Of a DNA stretch of 64,000 bases, positions 1 to 10,857 are shown one piece after another. The DNA is taken from assembly GCF_000143415.4 (NCBI RefSeq), contig NW_003314287.1, forward strand, positions 704,203-768,202. The letters run 5' to 3'. The stretch comes from Selaginella moellendorffii. Lineage: Eukaryota > Plantae > Lycopodiophyta. The first letter of the stretch is position 1. Each line of letters begins with the position of its first letter. The translations under genes were made by a program, and so were the position numbers. The notes beneath the pieces are model-generated. The model was not told where the DNA came from and searched no databases. It saw nothing but the letters and a program-made list of their open reading frames with translations.

Positions 1-1620
1 GGTATAACTTTCCTTGATCACACTGCCCTTTTTTGGCCAAATTAGTTCCACTAAAGTCTTTCCCTCTACTATCCTTTTGGAGCTCACCAAACCCCTCAGG
101 GTTTGAGAAATTATTGCTTTTGGCTTTCACCTTCAAACTCGGACTTGGACTCAAATTTAGACTCGGACTTGGACTCAAACTTGGTCTTAGTCTCAATCTC
201 GGTCTTGGTCTTAGTCTTAATTCTAGTTTTGGTCCCCATCTCAAATTCCTTCTCAAATTTCATTTTAGACTCCATTTCAGACTCCTTCTCGGACTCCATC
301 TTTCCTTAAGCATTTTATTTGGAGTTTCACTCCTGCTCTTGACTTTTCGAGTTAGAACTTTTGGTCTAAATATATTACACTTGTTAAACTTCCACTTCGA
401 ATATTACTATATGGCACCTTTTCGGCTCCACTCTAGGGCTTAGGGATTTGTGTCTCACAATCAAACACTTATATCCATGATGGATTCCATGATATTCATC
501 TTAACATTCTTTAATCCCTTCACAAAAGGATAATCCTTGCTTTGATGTTCAACCTTGTGGCAATGAAAATAATTATCCTTCATCTTATCTTTCCCATTAA
601 TCTAAATGAAGTTTCTTAGCCTTATTGCCATCTCCTTTCTTTGAGCCACAACGCAGCAATGGTCATTTCTTCCCTAAATGTGAAGCATTAGTTAGTTGAT
701 CATCACGTTGACTACCCTGTTGACCATCCCATTGACCATAGTTGATTGACGGTTTTGACAAAAAGATCTAATAACATCAATTAATATTCCTGGAAAATCC
801 TTTTTGACCTTTTATTACACATTTAATAAGCTCAAACCTTTAATGAAATATTGCACCTTTAATAGCTTATTATAGGTGCTTGTGAGAATGTGAAACTTGC
901 AAGCATACACATTTAAAGATAAAGTGCTTTACTTGATCTTTAGTGATTAGCCTCTACAAAATTCTTGATAAATGAAGTGCAAAAAGCTTTTGTCAAATCA
1001 CTCCAAAAACTTGATTTTAGATTAACTTTGATGTAGTTTTTTCATGCCACAAAAAAGCATGTGTAAGCTTCCTCATAAAAAAACAATCTTCACCTTGTTT
1101 TCACAAGAATTGTATGATTAACAACTTTTCCATGAGTCCAACTAACAATCAACCTTTTGGTTATCATAAATATTTAATTGCAACTTCCATTCCATAATAC
1201 CATAATCCTTGGCATGTTTGACATACCAATGGTAATCATGAATATAAGATTGATTCAACCTTTGAGCATTAATATGAAATAACCTTAATGAAATTGATGA
1301 AATCTTGCTTTAAGCCTTAGTAATTTGGCATCCTTGCTACACAATGACATTATCAAGAGTCTCTTCTTTTTTGTCATGGCCATCATTATTAAAGCTATAC
1401 ACCTCATCAAGATTTATATTTTGCTTATTTCCCATCTTGAAAAGAATGTTACTAATGAAATGCACAAAGAACAAACCCTAGGCTAACCTTAAGCTATAAA
1501 CAATTCTTGGAATATTCCTGTAGTTTGTGTCATGTTGCTAATTGGTTTTGGTGTTCTATACACTTAATTTCCATTACAATACTTTGAAGAATTGACATTA
1601 AATTAGCTAAAGAAGAACAC
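1..1620. other. Degenerate, CpG-depleted probable transposon remnant with a low-complexity repeat (about 111-330)
   Basis: Imperfect GACTCGGACTTG/GGTCTT-like units encoding ES/ET-rich peptide on the minus strand; no intact ORF; family not identifiable. Confidence 0.3.
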
Positions 1621-1974
1621 ATTTAAAACATATTTATTTAAAATTCTCTCTTATAAATATGAATATTAAATACAGCTAAAACTTAATTAAAATATATATT
1701 CATATAATTATAAATATTCTCATATTTAATAATTTTTAAGTAGGAATTTTTCTTAACCATATTAAATTTTTTCTCTTAAACCTTTAAAATGATCAAAATG
1801 ATGAAATGATCAAATAATTTATTTATATTAAATTTCAGACTCTATACTTACTATCCACAAAAATATTTTTAATAATAATAATAAATTTCTTTTGTTTATT
1901 TATTTTTATTTTTACATTTTGTATAGTTCTCAAAATAAGAAAACAGTCTTTAATTTTTTATTATTTTTTAATTA

Positions 1975-1994
1975 TGTGACTCCATGCACTCACA
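1975..1994 (+). mobile_element. Internally deleted micro solo-LTR of the gypsy family at 2312
   Basis: TGTGA-C-TCCATGCACTCACA equals the first 5 and last 14 nt of the LTR; flanks ATTA/CTTA. Confidence 0.55.
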
Positions 1995-2311
1995 CTTACA
2001 ATATTATTTTAATAATAAAATTAATTTGTAAACATTTAAATTTATAAAGAAAGTAAAAATAATAAATAATAATATATTTTTATTATTTTATATATATTTT
2101 AATTGGAACAACTTTAAATTTGGAGGAGATCAGTCTTCTCACTACAATAAATAATTTATCCAAACTCATTTGAAAATGAATTACATGATTTGGTATATCT
2201 AAAAATAATAAAATACTTTTAATAACTATTAAGATTTATAGAATAGGTAAAAATAATTTTATTTTATTTACAATTTTATATTTAAAGTAATCAAAAAATT
2301 AAATTTTTAGC

Positions 2312-2485
2312 TGTGAGGGCCAAGTGTACGGCTACGATGCCGTATACTAATATTAGCGTAGTGGATTTTGGTAGCCGTCAGATTGGTTTCAATCCGGACC
2401 ACTCGCTCCTGTATATAAGCTAGGGTTTTTGGGTTAATTGATATGCACATTTCTGTATTCCCTTTCCATATTCCATGCACTCACA
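2312..2485 (+). repeat. 5' LTR (174 bp)
   Basis: TGTGAG...CTCACA termini; TATATAA box; direct repeat of 7148-7321. Confidence 0.97.
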
Positions 2486-2486
2486 T

Positions 2487-2502
2487 TGGTGGAGGTGAGG
2501 GG
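2487..2502 (+). promoter_or_regulatory. Primer binding site, tRNA-Ala-like
   Basis: TGGTGGAGGTGAGGGG versus the complement of the plant tRNA-Ala 3' end, TGGTGGAGATGCGGGG. Confidence 0.75.
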
Positions 2503-2718
2503 CACCTTTGATTGTCCCTAGGGAGTGCTTGGATTTGGGATTTCGGTTTAGATCTAGCTTTTGCATTGTCTAGATCTAGCTTTTTCCATTTCCTTTCTTT
2601 TGTTCTTTCCTTTCAGGATTTTGGTTTAGATCTAGCTTTTTGCATTGTCTAGATCTACCATTTCTTTCTAGCTTTTTGTCATTTCTCTTCTTTTGCTCTT
2701 TCTTTCTCATTCATTTTC

Positions 2719-3651
2719 ATGGCCGATCCGCAATCTCCTCCTTTGACTCTAGAGCAGCAGTTGGTTCAATTGCTTGATGCTATGCACCTGCAATTGAACA
2801 ACCAAACTCAGTTGATGGCGGCATTCACGGCACATGGTACAACTCCTCCTGCTTTTGGTGCCAATCCTCGCGTTCGGCCGGAGTTCTTTCGTGGGAATCC
2901 TGGGGATGATGTGTACCATTGGTTTGATCACTTCACGGTGATTGCCACATATCATTCTTGGGATGATGCTCGGCGTTTGCGTGAGTTCCCCACATGTCTT
3001 CAAGGGACGGCATTGCAGTGGTACAATGGATTGAGCGCAGCTACTCGTGACGATTGGAGTGTTCTTCCGGACGTCTTCAAACGCGCCTTCGGACACGCCG
3101 ACGATTGTGATGATGCCTTCCAACAATTGCATTGTCTTCGCCAAGGGCCATCTGAGTCGGTGATGCAATTTGGCGTTCGTTTCCGAAGTCTTTTGCTTCG
3201 TGCGGAGCCAAATATGTCGGAGCGGATCAAGCTAGGAATGCTATGGCCAGCACTTCGTCAAGATCTTGTCGGACTTGTGCATGCACTTGCTCCTGCCACT
3301 CTTGACGATGCTCTTCGCTTGGCACAACGTTATGAGACGTCGCCTCTTCCACTTCTTGCTACACGTCCTTCAGCTCCACTTCCTATGAGTGATGGTCCTG
3401 TTCCCATGGAGGTTGATGCTGCTGCTACTCGAGTCCAAGGACAAGGGCGAGGACGTGGTCGTGGCCGTGACATTCGTTGCTGGGCGTGTGATGAAGTTGG
3501 TCATACTTATCGGCGTTGTCGGCGCTTTCCGGATTGGCGACCTCCATTTCCTGGGTGGAGACCTTGGCGTCAGCAACGTCCCGTTGGTGCTGCTGCGGTG
3601 GAAGGTTTGGATACCGAGGTGCATTCGGGAAACGAGGAGTCGCGCGAGTAA
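2719..3651 (+). CDS. gag: Gag polyprotein
   Basis: Retrotransposon capsid-like region, PVPMEVD motif, CCHC knuckle CWACDEVGHTYRRC. Confidence 0.93.
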   Translation: MADPQSPPLTLEQQLVQLLDAMHLQLNNQTQLMAAFTAHGTTPPAFGANPRVRPEFFRGNPGDDVYHWFDHFTVIATYHSWDDARRLREFPTCLQGTALQWYNGLSAATRDDWSVLPDVFKRAFGHADDCDDAFQQLHCLRQGPSESVMQFGVRFRSLLLRAEPNMSERIKLGMLWPALRQDLVGLVHALAPATLDDALRLAQRYETSPLPLLATRPSAPLPMSDGPVPMEVDAAATRVQGQGRGRGRGRDIRCWACDEVGHTYRRCRRFPDWRPPFPGWRPWRQQRPVGAAAVEGLDTEVHSGNEESRE

Positions 3652-3690
3652 TGGAGGGACCTTGCGCGAATAAGTTAGTGACCCCTCCAT
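3627..3690 (+). promoter_or_regulatory. -1 programmed ribosomal frameshift signal (slippery heptamer plus pseudoknot)
   Basis: G_GGA_AAC in gag frame at 3627-3633; stems 3640-3648/3661-3669 and 3651-3658/3683-3690; pol is in the -1 frame. Confidence 0.85.
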
Positions 3691-6600
3691 CTTTCTTTCG
3701 GGAGTATCATCAAGGGGTTCACTCGGCACCGGTTCATCCAGTGTTTACTTTCCAAGCTCGTTTTTATAACAAGAGGTCTCCTATTCTTCTCTCCGTGTTG
3801 GTTGATACAGGTTCGAGTTTATCTTCTATTGCTCGACCTGTTGCCACACATTGTCGTCTACACTTGCGTCGTGCGGCGGATCCAGTTTTCATTCTTTATG
3901 GCAACGGCCGTACACATGCATGTGCACGAGATGAGGCGGACCTAGTTGTGCGTGTGGGTGATCTTGAGCTTGAGTTGCAGTCATTACGGGTGGTGCCGAG
4001 TCAAGCTTTTGACCTCATTCTTGGTATGGATTGGTTGCAGCACAATCATGCCAAGTGTGACTTTGAGGCTTTTCCCCCTTGTCTCATACTTCCTTATGTT
4101 TCATCCATTCCTCTCACTTCTGTACCTCTTCGTCCCTCTACTTCTACCTCTGCTTCCATTACTTTTGTTCCCCCATTATTTCCTCTTGTGTTTCCATCTT
4201 GTTCTGCTCTTCCCTTTTCCGATCCCTCCGATGATCTTTGTGTTGCAGCTGTTGATCAGCTCATGAAGGAGTATTCTGATCTCTTTGAATTTGACCTATC
4301 GTCTGGGGCCAAGATTGCCACACGTCATCCCATTCCAACCGGGGATGCTCGTCCAATCAAGGTTCCTGTTCGTCGTCGGTCACCCAAGGAGATCAAGATT
4401 TTACGTGCAAACGTCAAGGAGATGTTGGAGAAGGGTGTTATTCGGAAGTCGCGGAGTCCTTGGGCATGTGAACCTCATCTTGTGACGAAGCCTGATGGGA
4501 GTATTCATTTCTGCATCGACTATCGTCCGTTAAATGAAGTGACGATCCCGGACGTGTACCCTCTTCCTCACACTCCTGATCTCTTGGATCGTCTGGGGCG
4601 AAGTCGTTGGTTCACCAAGCTAGATCTTGCTTCTGGGTATTGGCAAGTACCGATGGCTGAAGACGATATTCCTAAGACTGCTTTTCGTACACCATTTGGT
4701 TTGTACGAGTTTTTGGTGATGCCGTTTGGTTTGAACAATGCTCCAGCAACTTTTCAGCGAATGATGGACGAGGTTCTTTGCGATATGCCAGAGGTGACGG
4801 CTGACTTCATTGATGATGTCTTGATCCACTCGGAGGGGACGTGGGAGGAGCATGTTCGTGATGTTTGTAAAGTGTTGGATCGGCTACGCGATGTTGGTTT
4901 AAAGCTAAAGCGGTCGAAGTGCGTGTTTGGGTCCAAGGACACGACTTATCTTGGGTACCGTATTTCTCGTGAGGGTTTGCAAGTTGATCCTGACAAACTT
5001 GTGGCTGTTCTAAAGTTCCCTACTCCGAAGTGTGTGAATGATGTGCAGCGCTTTTTGGGTAAGGTGCAGTATCTCGGTCGTTTTGTGGATCATCTTTCCG
5101 ATCGCACTTTACCATTGTGAGCGTTGCTGAAGTCATCAACGTCATCTTTCATCTGGTCTCCCGATTGTGAGCGGGCGTTCGTGAATCTCAAAGAGCTATT
5201 GACGACTCCTCCGGTTTTGGCATATCCTGACTACACTCGACCTTTTATTTTGCGCGTGGATGCTTCTGACATTGGTCTTGGAGGTGTGTTGATGCAAGAG
5301 AGCTCGAGTGTGCCTGGTCAGCGCCATCCCATTGCATACATAAGCCGTACATTACAACCAACGGAGATGAACTACTCCACGACGGAGAAGGAGTGTTTAG
5401 CAGCAGTCTGGGGTTTCGAGAAACTTCATGCCTATCTACATGGTTCTCGGACGTTACTTGAAGGTGACCATGCTGCTGTTACTTCATTATTGAAGCGGAA
5501 GAACCTGGTTGGTCGTACGGCTCGATGGGCTTTGAAGCTTCAGATATATGATTTCGATGTTGTTCATCACCCAGGGAGTTCTATGGCTGATGCTGATGCC
5601 CTTTCTCGAGCTCCTCTTCCTTCTCCACTCACTTCTCATGTTTTTGATGAACCTGTTGTTCCAGCATCTGTGGATTTTCTAGATGAGGATTCTGTGCCGT
5701 CGGCGGTTGCTGTCCTTGACGTTCAGTGTCCACAGGGCGTAGAGCAAGATCTACCTTCTCTGGATGAGGTTCGCGAGGCTCAAAAGATTGAGCCGTGGAT
5801 TCGAAGGCTTCGAGATGGGTTTGAGAATCCTGCATCACTTGCTGATGACTTGCCTTTTCGGCATTTACATTCTCAATATCGCCTTGAAGATGGCCTTCTT
5901 TATTTTGTGGGGACGGATCCTGATGCTCATTTACGGCTGGTGGTGCCTTCGATGTTTATTCCGCGGTTTCTCCATGCCTACCATGATTCTCCTATTCTAG
6001 GTGGGCATATGGGACACCGTCGTGTCACCGAGAAGTTGCGCAGATCTTTCTATTGGCCAGAGATGCGACGTGATATTATCCGGTATGTGCGTAGCTGCGT
6101 TTGGTGCCAAGCTCGTAATACTCCCCCTTGTGCTGCGGAAGGACGGTTGGAGTCAATTGCAGTTTCTTGTCCGTTTGAGTTGGTGGCGTTTGATCTTATG
6201 GGACTTTTTCCGCGATCGACTGCTGGCAATGAGTATGTTATTATTGCTTCTGACTACTTGACTCGTTGGGTGGAAGTTGGTGCTCTTGCTAGTGCCTCTG
6301 CAACTGCTGTTGGATACTTCCTCCTCAATCGAGTGGTGTTCCAGCATTCTTGTCCAGAACGGATTCTTTCGGATAATGGTCCTGCATTTATGGCTGAGGT
6401 ATTTCATGTTTTGACATCTCGGTTGGGGATACGCCACACTTTTACGAGTGCTTATCATCCACAATCAGACGGTCTGGTGGAACGGCTCGTTCGGACATTC
6501 AAAGGGATGATTGCGAAGTATATGAACTTTCAACATTCGGATTGGGATGGTTATTTGCCGTCTCTTCGGTATGCTTATGTCACAGGGGTGCAGAGTTCTG

Positions 6601-7115
6601 TTGGTGCTTCACCATATAAACTTCTATATGGTCATGATCCAATATTACCAACAGAGCTAGGTTTACCTTCGCGATTGCCACGAGCTCCTGATGCTAGGTC
6701 ATGGGATCAATATTTGACAAGCATTCTTCCACTTGTCCGAGCAGAGTCTGCTGAACACTTAGGCCGCGTACAAGTGGGACAACAACGGCGCTACAATTCC
6801 CATCATCGTCCACCAGCGGAGTACAAAGTGGATGATTTGGTGTTAGTCCGTTTTCCCCATCTTACGGTACGTGGTTTATCTAAGGGGCTCCTTGCGCAGT
6901 GGAAAGGACCGTATCGGGTGTTGCGGCAAGTTGGACCACAAGTTTATGAGGTTCGGCATGACGTTCAGCAGGCCGATCCTCTGGAGATTGTGCATGTGCA
7001 GCGGTTAAAACGCTTCATACAGAGGGATCAGGAGCCGTTAATACCGTCTACAGATCCACCGATGCCTCCTCCTGACGTTCCTCCAGATCCCGGCCCATCT
7101 ACAAGAGAACCCTGA
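3627..7115 (+). pseudogene. pol: Pol (protease, RT, RNase H, integrase) with one in-frame TGA at 5118-5120
   Basis: VLVDTGSS; MPFGL and FIDD; VDASDIGLG; HHCC, SDNG...VER and WKGPY motifs; ORFs 3516-5120 and 5124-7115 share a frame. Confidence 0.93.
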
Positions 7116-7132
7116 CGGCCTTCCATTATTCC

Positions 7133-7147
7133 GAGAGGAGGGGATGA
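7133..7147 (+). promoter_or_regulatory. Polypurine tract
   Basis: GAGAGGAGGGGATGA immediately before the 3' LTR. Confidence 0.9.
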
Positions 7148-7321
7148 TGTGAGGGCCAAGTGTACGGCTACGATGCCGTATACTAATATTAGCGTAGTGG
7201 ATTTTGGTAGCCATCGGATTGGTTTCAATCCGGACCACTCGCTCCTGTATATAAGCTAAGGTTTTTGGGTTAATTGATATGCACATTTCTGTATTCCCTT
7301 TCCATATTCCATGCACTCACA
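7148..7321 (+). repeat. 3' LTR (174 bp)
   Basis: Direct repeat of the 5' LTR, followed by TAGC. Confidence 0.97.
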
Positions 7322-7499
7322 TAGCCACAATCAATAATTGATTATTTTTATTTATGATGGTCTAATAATAAATATATCATATATCAATTAATGTTTTCCT
7401 GGTTATTAAAATATTTTAAAATAATTTAAATACTGGATAATTTGTACTTTTACACTACTTTAGTAATAAATTTAATTTTAAAAATAGTAGACTACAGCA

Positions 7500-7835
7500 C
7501 CTAACATTATCCTTATGAATAATCATCCCAATTTCATGAGGAACTTCAGCTGCTAGCCACAAGCAAAGCACATATACAACACCAAATCTAGGAGTGGCAT
7601 AGAGCGAATTAAAACAAATCAAACAATAATGAAAAATCAATTTTAAAGGCTTGAAATGGATTGTCAAACAAATCTTTCCACCCCTATACAAGAGAGAAGA
7701 AGGTAAGAAATTTTCCTTGATAATGAGCTAGAGATTGAGCGTCTCTACCTTCCCGTCCAGTTCCGGGAGCTCTAGCTCTGGAGCGGTGGTGGGGTAAGTC
7801 ACGGGGATCTCGAACTGCAAATCAAACTCGTATGT
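7500..7835 (-). pseudogene. UFC1: Ufm1-conjugating enzyme 1 fragment
   Basis: [28 protein letters not shown]; [15 protein letters not shown]; PRFGV..WLAAEVP; N-terminus missing. Confidence 0.8.
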
Positions 7836-8260
7836 GAACGTACCAGCAGCGGAGTGGATTCCACAGCGGAGCTGAGGCCGCCGGATCTGGCGCGGATCGG
7901 CGGACTGGAGCTGCTGCCGCGGCGACTGGAGTGGCGATTTTGGCAGCAGTGGCGACGATCTACTCGACCTGGAAGAGCGAGGTGAGATCTTTTCTTGTAG
8001 CATTCTGCTGCTCATCAGTTTCTTGTGGATTCTGCAAAGACCGCTCGTAGCAATGCTGGGGATTTTGGTTCGTGCTTTGCTTTTTGCTCGAAAGTTCTAG
8101 GTTTTAGTTGTGGATTGTCCGTCCAGCATTAGATCTGAACGAATGGCGAAAGTTTCGACTCTTAGAAGCGAAGCCTGTAACTCACAACATGAGACGTTAC
8201 AGGCAAGAGGAAAGAAAAAATGGAAAACAAGATGATGTGCTGATGTTCTTTGTCGTCCAG

Positions 8261-9440
8261 GTTTGCCTTGGATGACGATGCGCAACGTTGCTTCGTGCCT
8301 CTTGACAAAGTAACGGAGCTTCCAAACCTCATGACGAAGATACGTGAATTTTTCTTTGCTTTGCAGGGCTGCTATGGGTACGAAAAAGGATGGGAAGCCA
8401 AATGTGATCATCAGACCATATGTAAAATTGTCTTACGCTTGGAATCACTGTAACTTGTGCTTCGTGCTGACAGATATACGCCCATAAGTGATCCGTACGT
8501 TCGTGGTCACTTTGATTACTTGTCAAGGTATTGCTTTCAGCATTTGCGTGCTTTCTCAGCTGACGATGGAAAAAATATTTCTTTTGTAGACTTACCCGCA
8601 AGAAAAAATGAGCAAATATTTTGCCGCTCTTCGGCCCGGAGACACTTTGGAAATGAAAGGGTGCGTGTAGTTTACTACATTTCTTTCCGTCTGTAGTTTT
8701 ACAAGGAAGATCCACAGCAAGCTCCCATACAGCGCCAACATGAAAGCACGTATTGGGGTGGTATATCTTTGAGTTCTCTGCGTAACTTTACTGTCGGTTA
8801 GATTGCAGGAGGTACCGGGATCACACCGATGTTTCAAGTGCTTAACAAGATCTTAAAAAACCCAGAAGATAAAACACAGGTTTGTCTCCAGGAAAAACGT
8901 GTAATGTTTCTGCGGCGTTTCCTCCGATCAGGTCTCGTTGATCTATGCCAACTTGACCCCGGACGACATTCTACTCAAGAACGAGCTCGACAAACTAGCT
9001 GAAAAGCATCCAAACTTCAAGGTCCTGTTTGAAGACTATCAGACTTCCACTCTGGTGTTTCCAAGGAAAACTGACGCATGTTTACAGGTTTTCTATGTTG
9101 TCGATAAGCCAACGCATTACTGGGGAGGAGGATCCGGCTTCATCACGAAAGACATCCTGGTGAAGGGACTACCACCTCCTTCGGACGGCAATCTCATCAT
9201 GGTTTGAAGCTCATTCGCTGCTCGTTGTTACTTAGTTCCCATTGACACAATTTCCAACAGGTGTGCGGGCCTCCAGGCCTCATAAACCACATCTCCGGCG
9301 CTAAAGCACCAGACAAATCACAAGGACAAGTAAGCATTTTACAGAGATATCTATTCCAACACGCGAGCTTGCCTGATTCCACTCTTCCTTCTCAACAGTT
9401 GACAGGTCTCTTGAAAAGCATGGGTTACACTGAAGACCAA
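8261..9440 (+). pseudogene. NADH-cytochrome b5 reductase, 5'-truncated and frameshifted
   Basis: RYTPIS, IAGGTGITPM, LIYAN..DILL and VCGPPG motifs; frameshifts near 8285 and 8518. Confidence 0.8.
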
Positions 9441-9586
9441 AGTTCTAGGCATTCTTTTATTCTCAGGACAATAACAAATACAAAGCTCTTTAAAGTTATG
9501 AGAGCCGTAGATTAAGGTCCCCTGAGACGCACTGGCTTATTCCGCGGAGCCATGCCGTGTGCTTATGGAGTCGCAGCGTGATGATC

Positions 9587-10440
9587 TTACCCTCCTGAAC
9601 GAATGAAAAGAAGAGCGTTTTCACAGAAAAGATTGGAAAGTCTATACTGTAGCACCTGATGCCTTGGGCTGGCCTTCGGAGTTGGACTTGGAGCGGGGCT
9701 GGTCTGTAGAGGAGATGGGCTTGGAGCGAGGCAGGTCTTTGGAGGTGATGGGCTTGGAGCGGGGCTGGTCTTTGGAGGTGATGGGCTTAGAGCGGGGCTG
9801 GTCTTTGGAGGATTTGGACTTGGAGCGGGGCTGGTCTTTGGAGAAGGGCTTGGTGTTGGGCTCGTCTTTGGAGATGGGTTTGGTGTTGGGCTTGAACTGG
9901 GACTTTCCGTGCATCCTGTAAACAGCAAAACTCTATCAAAAGTTCATGTTACAAATCGTGGAAGCATGAAAAGTTGGCCAGAGAAACCTGGTGGCGTGGG
10001 CGGTCCTGACAGAAACATGAAAGAAAAAGAAAACAGTTAAGCCTGAAAAACCATAGAAAAGAAAGCACAAGTTGGTATATGGCACCTGCTTCAACTGTAA
10101 ATTTACGTAAAAGTTTCAGTACGTGAGATTAATGTTGCTGTTAAATTCAAGAGTTTCACCTGGGCATGGCAGAATACCACGGAGCCACCACCTGGAGCAA
10201 CACCAAACGAAAGGCTATAGTAGCACAAACATGTGATCAATTCGAACTTCCTCACCTGCATCGATCTTGTGCTGCAGCAACAACAACAAGCAAAGAAGAG
10301 ATGTTGGCAAGAGTCCCATAGAAGACCATGTCAAATGCATAAAAAGAACCTTGGTTTGCTTGACGAACAACAAACTCAGCATCCCCAAGACTGCAAACCA
10401 CAAGAAATGAAATCACCAATGCCACAAAGACGGCCTTCAT
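9587..10440 (-). CDS. Putative secreted Pro/Ser-rich (AGP/extensin-like) protein, multi-exon
   Basis: Signal-peptide-like MKAVFVALVISFLVVCSLG; repeated SPAPSPSPPKT; exon structure uncertain. Confidence 0.45.
9680..9900. repeat. Imperfect 24-30 bp tandem repeat
   Basis: Reiterated GGGCTTGGAGCGGGGCTGGTCTTTGGAGGTGAT-like units. Confidence 0.85.
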
Positions 10441-10857
10441 CTTGTAGAGACTGGATGGCTGGCTGAGAGGCAATGCAGGAGTTGGAATGCGAATGCATAT
10501 GCAGGCGAAATTTATTTTGAACCAAGACTAGCAAACAAAGCCAATAGAATCATAATGTACCAGTTGGCCAGAATGTCACAGTTTTTGTTCTTTTCCCGAA
10601 GAATTGACTAGGGAGAACGTGAATGAGAATTGTCTGAGATGAAGTGTCGTTTCCAAATCTCAGCTGGGTGGCAAGCTAATGTGACACCATAAAATATAGA
10701 CACAAGTTCCAGCAAAAAATGTCAGGTTTATGACATTCATTGCCAACAAGGTGATCGAGACCTACATCGCATAAAGAAGCTGGCAGCAAAGGGAGGTGAT
10801 AGTTGTCTTGCCTTCTATAGACAATGACTTGGATGTGCAAAGAACCCGATCCAGAGA

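Larger units (their letters stand above)
2312..7321 (+). mobile_element. Full-length Ty3/gypsy LTR retrotransposon
   Basis: TG..CA LTRs at 2312-2485 and 7148-7321 with 3 mismatches; TSD TAGC; PBS; PPT; gag followed by PR-RT-RH-IN order. Confidence 0.97.

Noticed and set aside
5118-5126. Programmed stop-codon readthrough in pol
   Set aside because: Falls inside the RT/connection region with no CARYYA context; CpG decay is simpler
9680-9900. CRISPR-like array
   Set aside because: Contiguous coding-type tandem repeat with no spacers, in eukaryotic DNA
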